The position numbers and the translations under genes were made by a program. Positions 53,208 through 64,000 of a DNA stretch of 64,000 bases are shown here, one piece after another (within the stretch, counting starts at the first letter, position 1; every line of letters starts with the position of its first letter). Location: the NCBI RefSeq assembly GCF_009914755.1, contig NC_060935.1; one strand, given 5' to 3'. Below the pieces are notes generated by a model, which had not been told where the DNA came from, did not search any database, and worked only from the letters and a program-made list of their open reading frames with translations. Source of the DNA: the human T2T-CHM13v2.0 reference genome, Homo sapiens.

Positions 53208-54160
53208 AGCTGGGCACAGTGGCTCACACCTGCAATCCCAGCACTTTGGGAGGCCAAGGTGAGATGATCGCTTAAGCCCAGGAGCTTCAGACCAGCCTAG
53301 GCAACATAGTGGAATCCTGTCTCTACAAAAAAAATTTCAAATTGGTTGGGCACATTAGCATGTGCCTGTGGTCCCAGCATTTTGGGAGGCTGGGGCACAA
53401 GAACTGCTTGAGCTCCGGAGGTCAAGGCTGCAGTGAGTTGTGATCAAGCCACTACACTCCTAGCCTGGGTGACAGAGTGAGACCCTGACTATAAAAAAGA
53501 AAGAAAGAGAGTTATCAAGATAAGGTTCTCACTGTGCCAATTCCTAATTCGAACTCTGGGAGACTTGGGTTTTGACTTTTTTAAGTTTTTAAATTGACAT
53601 TTAAGTCCTAAGGGTTCATTCACATAAATCAGAATCACTACTAGTCATACAACTCTCAATCTTGGTTAGTTAAAGTAATCAAGCCATTTAGTTTTAGTTA
53701 TTATTTCTTTTATTTTCTCTTATCTGTTTATTATTTACTTATTTTTGTAAAGATGAGGTCTCACTATAGTCCAGGCTGCTCTCAAACTCCCGGGCTCAAG
53801 CAATCCTCCTGCCTCAGCCTCCCAAAGTGCTAGGATAACAGGCATGAGCCACCACGCCCGGCTGTATTTGTTATTTCTTTTAGAGACAGAGTCTTGCTCC
53901 GTTGACCACGCTGGAGTGCAATGATGTGATAATAGCTCACTGCAGCCTCAAACTCCTGGCCTCAAGAGATCCTCCACCTCAGCCTCCTGAGTAGTCAGGA
54001 CTACAGGCATGTACTACCATGCCCAGCTAAATTAATTTTTTTTAAGAGAAGGGTCTTGCTCTTTTGCCCAAGCTGATCTGGAACTCCTGGCCTCAAGCAA
54101 TCCTCCCACCTCAGGCTCCCAAAGCACTGGGGTTACAGGCATGAGTCACCACACCCAGCC
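53208..54160. mobile_element. Alu cluster: + AluJ-like (53208-53505), - FLAM (~53735-53863), - AluJ-like (~53875-54160)
   Basis: Alu consensus matches. Confidence 0.87.
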
Positions 54161-55020
54161 CTAAGTCATCTAGTTTTACAGTGCTATATAATGTAGGACC
54201 ATATGATAATAAGCAGAAAACTGCATTTACCACATTTGAGATAACCTTGGTGAATAAGTGTTTCTTTCCTCAATTAAATACATTAAAACTAAAGCATAAC
54301 ACCACTGTTTGCCCAGAAAAGCCTTGGCATTTGCTAATATTTTCACTATTGGTAAAGTCAATGTTTCCCACTGTTAAAACTAAGAACACTAAATAATAAT
54401 ATTGACATTAATTTCCATCCCACTTACAGAACAAACAATGGCAGACTAAATTAAATGGAATGTGAAACGGGCAACAAGTAGGTCAAATTAATTAAACTGT
54501 AAATTACAACCACACCAGAAAGACATGAACACAGAAACCAAGAATCCGAGTCTAAGAAATGTTGCATAATCCAATGTCAGCCAAATTTGACGATGTTTCC
54601 ATTATCAAATTTCTCACTTAGAAATGAGAAACTCAAAGAGTCAATTTTAGTTTGTTTTATATTTTTTGTTTTAGACTAGTTAATTCCAATATATTAAACA
54701 TAAGCATAGTAAGAATAGGTAAAATATACTGAGCACCTAATATGTCCCAAGGCACTAAATTTTTTTGTTACTTTTTGTAATGAAAATTTTCAAATATTAA
54801 CAAAAGTAGACAATAAAATAATTCAAAGCATCAATCAGCTTCAAGAATTATTACTTTATAGTCAATTGTTTTATCTATATCTCTACCAAGTTTCTCCAAA
54901 ATCCCAATCACCGTATCATTTCATCTGTAACTACTTCAATATACCTCAAACAGGAGTCTTTCTCTTTTTTTAAACATAACTATGACATCTTTACTGCACT
55001 TGAAAAAAATGAGGAATAAT

Positions 55021-55320
55021 GGCCAGGCGTGGTGGCTCACGCCTGTAATCCCAGCACTTTGGGAGGCCGAGGCGGGTGGATCACGAGGTCAGGAGTTCAA
55101 GACCAGCTTGGCCAAGATGGTGAAATCCCGTCTCTACTAAAAATACGAAAAATTACCTGGGCGTGGTGGCACGCGCCTGTAATCCCAGCTACTCCAGAGG
55201 CTGAGCAGAGAACTGCTTAAACCTGGAGGGGCGGAGGCTGCAGAGAGCTGAGATCGCCTCACTGCACTCCAGCCTGGGCAACAGAGCGAGACTCGGTCTC
55301 AAAAAAAAAAAAAAAAGAAA
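55021..55320 (+). mobile_element. Alu (AluSg-like)
   Basis: ggatcacgaggtcaggagttcaagacc; TSD gaataat. Confidence 0.92.
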
Positions 55321-55960
55321 AGAATAATTACAGGCATTAACTCTTAACCCATACAACAACCCTATGGAGTAGGTACTATTATTCTCATTTTACAGATGTT
55401 TCTGAGACACCTACCAATGAAGTTATGTGCCCTGGATATACAGTACTGAATGGCAGAGGCAGGAATCGAAGCCAGACAGTCGAGCTCAAGAACCTGAGCC
55501 CTCCACTTCATTATGTTTTGCTCCTTCTCAAAAGTAGATTTTATGGTAATGAGTTGTTAAATATAAACAGAGATAATTGACTAATAAAAGAATGGATGAC
55601 TGACAGCATCAGACTTTAGCAAAATTTTGAAACAAGGAAAACATATCCCCGTATTTCACCTATCCTCCAACTTCTTTCTTCATCCCCAGCTGGTATGCTG
55701 CATTGAACAGCTCTACCTACCTCCATTTAACCTTGTACCCAATATTTTTAAAAGTAAAGTTTATTCTTTTTACTACAACCAGCTCTATTGGGTTAAACTA
55801 ACATTTGGGATGTACTCTGTGACTAATTTTCATCAAGACAGACTTACTGGATGCAGTCCTACTCAAAATTAAATATTCTCTTCAGAAGTCATATTATGAA
55901 ATATATACACCTACTATGTACCCTCAAAAAAAATTAAAAATAAAAATAAAAGTCATATTC

Positions 55961-56479
55961 TGTGTGACAAACAGACCCCATGATGACTGGCCCCCAATGG
56001 TTCTCTCTCACACACACATACACACACACACACACATAATGACAGACCTATTCATGCCTTTATGTAATATCCTCCCTTTCTTCCAAGTGGAGCTAGAGAG
56101 CTTAATGAAGTAAATGGCCATGTTACGGAAGCCCTCAGGAAAAGGAACTGTGGGTGGCATCAAAGAACTGCGGGCAGTCTCTCTAGGATCAGTCTCTTTA
56201 GAAGCCCCAGCCAACAGCCAACAAAAAGCTGGGATCCTCACTCATAAAGCAATTCTACCAACTACCTGAACGATCTCGTAAGTAACTACTTTCCCAGTTA
56301 AGCCTCCAGGTGACAATGCAGTCCATTTAATACTGTACAGCCTTCTGAGACCCTGAGCAGAGGGCTCAGCTAAGCCATGCCAGGACTCAAGACCCATGGA
56401 AACTGTAAGACAGTAAATGTGTGCTGCTTTAAGCTGCTAAATTTGTGGCAGGTTGCTACATAGTAATAGAAAACTAACA
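55961..56479 (+). mobile_element. MaLR solo LTR (MLT1-family)
   Basis: cttttcccagttaagcctccag-like core; ctttaagctgctaaatttgtggcaggttgctacatagtaatagaaaactaaca 3' end. Confidence 0.8.
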
Positions 56480-56779
56480 GCTCATGGTTCTTTATAAGGT
56501 AGACAACTATCATCTCCAAGAAATTCTAGGCCAAGGAAATCTCTTCCATAATTTATAGTACAGAACTGTAGCAGTTTCAAGCAAGAGTTCAAGCATGTGA
56601 ACAAAACTAAAGCTCTTTCTTGAGAAAAGCTTTGCTTTAGCCTTACTTGTAGAGATTCCAGCAAACTCTGTGTAAACATAGGTAAGCTCTCCACTGGAAA
56701 AGTAAATATGTCAGGCTCCTTAGTTTACCAAACAAAGTTACTTTTTTCAATTGCACAAAATGCTATCAAAAGCATGTGC

Positions 56780-57385
56780 ATCTAATGACTTCCTTCCAGA
56801 CAGTACATTATGAAAGGGGGGGAAAGAAAGAACTTTACAGTGGAAAAACTTGACAAACACTACCTGAGCCAGGTGATCAAGGTTAGCATCAACAGTAATA
56901 AGTCATGTTGATAGTATGTGCCCTTGGTATGATGTGATGAAAATGGCGCTTTACCTTGGTTATCTTACCACTCAAAACCTATAACCCCAATCTAATCATG
57001 ACAAAGACATCAGACAAATTCCAACTGAGGAGCATTCTACAATACCTGACCAGTACTACTCAAAACCATTAAGGTCATCAAAAACAAGAAAAGACTGAGA
57101 AACTGTCACAGCTAAGAGAAACCTAAGGAGACATGGTGACTAAATGGCGTGTGGTATCCTGGACAAGATCCTGACACAGAAAAAGGACATTTTGGTAAAA
57201 ACTAACGGAATTTGAGTAAAGTATGAACTTTAATAAGGATGTACTAATATTGGTCCATTAATTATGACAAATGTATCATATTACTGTAAGATAATAAGAA
57301 TAGAGGAAACTGACCGTGGGGTATTTGGGACCTCTGTACTGTATCTGCAATTTTTCTACACATCTAAAGCTATTCTAAAATAGTT
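56780..57385 (+). mobile_element. L1 3' fragment (L1MC-like)
   Basis: gtgatcaaggttagcatcaacagtaataagtcatgttgatag; aaaaccattaaggtcatcaaaaacaag. Confidence 0.8.
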
Positions 57386-57624
57386 AACTGCAAACATCAT
57401 AATGGAATGCTCTGCTCTTCTAGCACTACATTCAAATTCAGTCTTAAATTGTTTTGTTAGGAAACTTCTATTTAATGTTGGAGATACCAGACTAAACAAC
57501 AGCTTTCTGCTTTCCGTCAGTTCAAGTAACCAGATCGCTTAACAAACAACATTTCTTCACTAGACTCACTAGACCTATATCCAGAATCAAAATGGTTTCC
57601 ATATAAAGAACACTTTGGAACCCT

Positions 57625-57908
57625 TTTTTTCCCCCTTTTGAAACAGGGTCTTTGTCACCCAGGCTGGAGTACAGTGGCACGATCACAGTTCACTACAGCC
57701 TCAACCTCCTGGCCTCAAGTGATCCTCCCCAGCGACTGGGCCTACAGGCATGTGCCACCATAGGGGTTTCTGTTTGTTTGTTTGTTTGTTTTTGTAGAGA
57801 CAGTGTCTTGTTATATTGCCCAGGCTGGACTCAAACTCCTGGCTGTAAGTGATCTGCCTTGGACTCCCAAAGTGCTGGGATTACAGGTATAAGCCACCGT
57901 ACCTGGCC
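57625..57908 (-). mobile_element. Alu (AluJ-like)
   Basis: Reverse Alu with a (GTTT)n linker. Confidence 0.87.
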
Positions 57909-58409
57909 TTGAAATCTTTTTTAAAAATGTATTATTGAAGAATTTTTCTTTTAGACATAGTTTTGTGAACCTGATATCAAGTCACAGGGTATTAAGTTTT
58001 GACTTACAGTGTGGTGCTGGGAAATCGGTTTTCTCAATTGTATTTTTTCCTTTTATTTAATAATGTTAGTTAAGGAATCCATGTTTTCTTGTTGGCCTGT
58101 ACTGCCAGAAAGCAAAAGCTAAGTGAACTGTGGTAGCTCTACTTAGCCTAAGTTTTCTGGTAAAATAGTATCCATCTCTCCTCTTCCCTAGACTATTTGG
58201 CCCTAATTCTTTTAAATTTGTTTTAATCTGTTGATCTTCTGTTAAAGATACCTGAAACTCTTTCTGAAAGTAGATTTTTTTAAAAATTGACAAATATTTA
58301 GCCCGAACGAGGACATGAAATTCATTAACAAGACAAATAATCACATTAGTATTTCTCCTCAGCAAGAATTTCCCTGCTTTCTTTGTATTCTAGTTATTTA
58401 AAAAAAAAA

Positions 58410-59820
58410 GCAGCTTTATTGAGATATTCACATACCATGCAATTCACCAATTTAAAGTGTAAAATTCAACGTGTTTTATAAATTCACAGGATAGTGCAAC
58501 CATCACAATCTAACTGAACATTTTTGTTCCGACTGAAAAAAACCTCATACCTGTTTAGCTGTCACTCCTCATTCCCCCACTCCTATCCCTCCACCAGCCC
58601 TAGGCAACCACTAATCCACTTTCTTTCTATAAATTTGCCTATACTAAATATTTCATCTCAATGAGATCATACAATATCTGGTCCTTTTGTGACTTGTTTC
58701 TTTTACTTGGCATAATGTTTTCAAGGGGCATTCACCTTGCAGCATGTATCAGTACTTCATTACTTTTTATTGCCAAATAATATTCCATTGTATGGATATA
58801 TTAATTTTAATTATCCATTCTTTAGTTGATGGACATTTTGGTTGTTCTGCTTTTTGGCTATTATGAATAATGCTGCCATGAACATTCATAAAATTTTTAT
58901 GTGAATGTGTTTTCACTTATCTTGGGTTTATACCTACCAGTGGAATTGCTGGGTTATATGGTAATTCCACTTTTAACATTTTTTGGAACATTAAACATTT
59001 TGAAGAAATGACAAAGCTGCTGCATCATTAAATTCTCTCTCACCAGCAATGCCAGAAAGTTCTACTTTCCACATATCCTAACCAACACTTGTTATTGTCC
59101 ATCTTTTTTTATTACAGCCATCTTAGTGGATACGTGGTATCTCATTGAGGATTTCATTTGCATTTTCCTAATGACTAATGATGCTGAGAATCTTTCCATG
59201 TGTTTGTGGACTAACTGCATACACTTTGAGGGGCATTACACATTGAAATCTTTCCTCTATTTTTAAATTATTAGACTTTTTACTATTGAGTTATAAAAGT
59301 TTTTATATATTCTAGATACAAGTCCCTTATCAGATGTACGATTTGCAAACATTTTCTTCCATTCTATGGGTTGTCATCAATTTTCTGATGGTATTGTCTG
59401 CAGAACAAAAGTTTTTAATTTTGATGTAGTCCATTTATCTATTTTTCCCTTTGTCCCTTCTGCTTTTGGTAGTCTATTTAAGAAACCACTGCCTAACTCC
59501 AAATCAGGAAGGTTTGCTCGTATGTTTTCTTCTCTTCATAAATGTGAGAGCTAAAACTATAAAACTCTATGAAAACTCTTAGAGAGTTTTGTGGTCCACT
59601 TGAAGTTAATTTTTGCATATGGTATAAAGCAAAGGTCCAACTTCATTCTTTTGAACATGGATATACACTTATTCCAGCACTGTTTGGTGAAAAGACTCTT
59701 CTTTCTCCAATGAATTATCTTTGCAGACTTAACAAAAGTCAAATGACCATAAGTGTAAGGTTTTATTTCTGAATTCTTGAATCTATCCCATTTATCTGTC
59801 TGCTAGGACCACATTATCTT
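58410..59820 (-). mobile_element. L1 3' region (L1MB/ME-like)
   Basis: cagctttattgagatattcacatacc...; ORF 59557..59742 shows an L1 ORF2 remnant (AKIIHWRKKSLFTKQCW...KINFKW). Confidence 0.88.
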
Positions 59821-61147
59821 GTTTCTTCTAGTTCTTGACATTCCAGATATTGATAGTTATCTTCCTCTGCTAAGGCTGGTGTTTAGTGAAGTTGTGTGAG
59901 CCCCCCTACAGGGCCTAGGACCCAGAACGCAGTTGTGGTGTTTTAGTAACTGTTAATGAATCAAATGAAAAGATTTCTGATTGTGGTTTAGGAGAATTTT
60001 TTTCTATTTTAAAAAATGTCAGTAGACAAATATTAAAAATTGTTTTCACAATAAACTATCAAATTAGCAAAATAACAACAGGTAAATATAACTAACACAG
60101 AACTAAAATAAGTTACAGGGCAGTGACAATGATAATGGAATAATAGTTTGGACTAGTCATCCAGCTGATTTATTAATTAATGAGAATATATGTTTATATT
60201 CCAACTATTTCTTTTTAAAAAGGGCTGAGGTGTTTACAAAAATCAAACATATAAAATAGGACAATTAAAAATAAAAAATAAATAGGTATTTCATCATTAT
60301 TTTCCCAAAGCCATAGAGCCTTGGGAAAAGGCCAAATATTTCCGGATCAGCAGACATGCAAAGGCTTCATTAGAATCAAGTCCACTAGCCTACAAGCAGC
60401 ACACACAAGGGAAAACTTCTCTCTTCTTCCTCCCTCCCTCCCTCCCTCCCTCCCTCCCTTCCTTCCTTTTCATACAGACAGAGTCTCGTTATGTTGCCTG
60501 GAATGGTTTTGAACTCCTGGGCTCAAGGCATCCTCCCTCCTCAGTCCCACAAAGTGCTGGGATTACAACCATGAGCCATCATGCCCAGCCAGAAATTTCT
60601 TAGGTGAGTTGGGCTCTTCAAAGAAGAATAGATACAGGAAGTTCTGGCCCTCGCCTCCCAAAAATCTCTGCTTTTTAGTTAAAAAAAGACGAAGAAATCT
60701 AGGGTTTCTTTGTCCTCTGGTTCTTCCAAAGTAGGTCAGGTCTGTGTGTAATTATTGGGTTTCACATTCCTTCGGAAAAGGAAGAGATGTCAATTCATGG
60801 AGGTATTTAACAAACAGCAGATGCAGGCTAGGGCTAGGGGCAAAAGAGTGCTTCTGCTCCTGAACAAAAAATAAAAATAAACAAACTAAGAAACAGTCTT
60901 TGGTTTTTAACAATAATAAGCTAATTTTAAGACAGGTAGAATAAAAGGCCTAATTTCTCATTCTAAGGCTACAACCATTGAACTTAAGCTTGTGGATGAA
61001 TTCTCCTAGTTTCATCTTCTTCCTAGGCACGCTCTCTATTTAGCAAGGTTGACATAAAGAAATTCAGGAAAAAAATGAAAAATATATTTACTGTAAAACT
61101 TTATGTGCAAGAGCATGTACCAAAAGATTAAGAATTACTATCTGCAA

Positions 61148-61435
<288 letters not shown>

Positions 61436-61721
61436 TTACTATCCGCATTACCAAAAGTCTTCTTCAGAAAAAAGAATCACCTCAGGGTTCCTTTCAACAA
61501 CAAGCTTATAAAAAATTTTATTGTAAAATATGTCATATTCAAACCATAGTTCCTACGTACTCTTCCATTCCCCAGTACCACCTCATCCCACTCCAAGAAA
61601 ACCACCATCCTGAAGTTTGTTCATTTGCTTTTCTTTATAATCTTACCATATATGTATCCCCAAACAACATATTGTTTAGATTTGCCTGCATCTAAACTTT
61701 ATGCAAATAGAATCATACTCG

Positions 61722-62045
<324 letters not shown>

Positions 62046-62767
62046 TGATCCCCACTATTTTGGAATATTCCTCTACGAAGATGCATGTAGTGGCACTTAA
62101 ATTCCTTTTATGCTCAGAGGTCACCCTTTTATAAATATACCAACTGTATTTATGCTTTACAGTTGCTAGACATTTGAGTTGTTTGGATTTTTAGCTACTA
62201 TGAACAATAATTAAAATATTCTTACATATGTCTCTTAAGCCATGCGCACAAGAATTTCACTAGGGGACATACCTAGGCATCACTAGGTAAAGCCAAATTG
62301 TTTTCAAAAATGAAGGTACCTAACAGTATGACTGCTCCTACTGCTCATATCATCTCTAACAACTGTAACTATATTTTTAATTTTTCCCTGTTTGGTGGGG
62401 GAAAGGAGACGAGCAGGAGATAGACAGTTCCTTGCCATTTTAATTTGCATTTTCTTGATTACTAAAAGGGTTGAGGATCTTTCATATGTTCATGAACCAT
62501 TTGTTTCTACTCCTGTAAAATTAACTTTTTCATGACTTTCCTATTTCCATTTTTCCTAATTTTTTTTTTTATTTGAGGAGTTCTTTTATATTCTGGCTAA
62601 CAAACCTTTGTTAGTACATTTCCCAAGTTGTGGCTCACCTTCTCACTCTATGATGTTTCTTTTTTAAAGTAAACTTTTAATGGATCTATAACATATATGC
62701 AAAAATGTGGCCAAATTATAAGTGTAACTCACATAAACAAAAGCAATTTGGGTCCTCAATAATTTTA

Positions 62768-63133
<366 letters not shown>

Positions 63134-63296
63134 CTAGATCAGACAGATGTTATCGTCTCATTCTCTATGTCACTAAACCTCTCATATGTTCCATCTCTTC
63201 TTTCTCTGTACTAAATTCTAGAAATTTTCTTCAGATCCATTTTCCAGTTCATTAATTTACTCTACTCTGTATCCTCTTTCCACTGTATTTTTCGCT

Positions 63297-63780
63297 GCAA
63301 ATGCTCCTCAATTTACAAGGGGCTTATGTCCTTATAAACCCATCATAAGTTGAAATATTACTAAGTCAAAAATGCATTTAATACACCTAGCCTACCAAAC
63401 ATCATAGCCTGGTCCACCTTAAATATGCTCAGAACACTGATGTTAGCCTACGACTGAGCAAAATCATCTTACAGGGGTGTCCAAGGGAGGGAACACAGGC
63501 TTGGGTTCTTAGTTCCTGTTTCTGGTTGGTTCGGTAAAGCCCCTTCCTCAACCCTCTTTTCCGCTTATCACTAGAGAGAGAAACTAAAAACAATGGCTTC
63601 ACACTGCTAAAAGCCTAAAACAAAACAAAACAAAACAAGGTGGTTTAGACAGCTTGAATTCTAACACAAGGCCTATTTTACAATAAAGTGCTGAATATTT
63701 CATGAATACTGTACTGAAGTATAATTTCTACTGAATGAATATCACTTTCACACCATCGTAAAGTTGAAAAATCATAATCA
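63297..63780 (+). mobile_element. Tigger5/MER47-type element interrupted by a MER30-family hAT MITE (~63472-63657)
   Basis: caaatgctcctcaatttacaaggggcttatgtcc...; inner element caggggtgtccaa...tagacagcttg. Confidence 0.72.
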
Positions 63781-63784
63781 GGTC

Positions 63785-64000
63785 AGCTGAGGTGGCTCAT
63801 GCCTATAATGCCAGCACTTCGGGAGGCCGAAGTGGGCAGATCACTTGAGCTCAGGAGCTCAAGACCAGCCTGGGCAACATGGTAAAACCCTGTCTCTACT
63901 AAAAATAAAAAACTTGCTGAGTATAGTGGTGCCTGCCTGTATTCCTAGCTACTAGGGAGACTGAGGTGGGAGGATCACTTGAACCTAGGAGGCGGAGGCT
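63785..64000 (+). mobile_element. Alu, runs off the window end
   Basis: gtggctcatgcctataatgccagcacttcgggagg... Confidence 0.9.

Overview
This is primate (most likely human) genomic DNA inside the SIK3 gene (salt-inducible kinase 3, AMPK-related family; human 11q23.3 from recall), transcribed on the minus strand. Three internal kinase-domain exons are present with canonical AG/GT boundaries and compatible phases: 40303-40187 (VAIK...LYQ), 37346-37283 (VMETE...GEIF) and 10504-10343 (DHLV...HRDLKAEN...IKIA). The rest is intron: about 50 Alu copies or fragments, old L1/L2/MIR pieces, several solo LTRs, hAT/Tigger/mariner DNA-transposon relics and Alu-tail-derived simple repeats. Nearly all ORFs in the track are Alu or simple-repeat artefacts. 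I cannot support a new protein-coding or multi-gene system. The best structural signals are: (1) a rearranged block at 29.9-32.5 kb, where an AluY target-site duplication appears inverted around a flipped L2 segment between two tail-to-tail AluYs, alongside an almost purely AT 32-bp quasi-palindromic minisatellite and a fold-back duplication inside an L1; (2) a ~380-bp 5'-truncated retro-insertion of non-repeat, 3'UTR-like sequence with an 11-bp TSD at 7.56-7.96 kb. Repeat subfamily names are from memory of consensus sequences and repeat boundaries are approximate.
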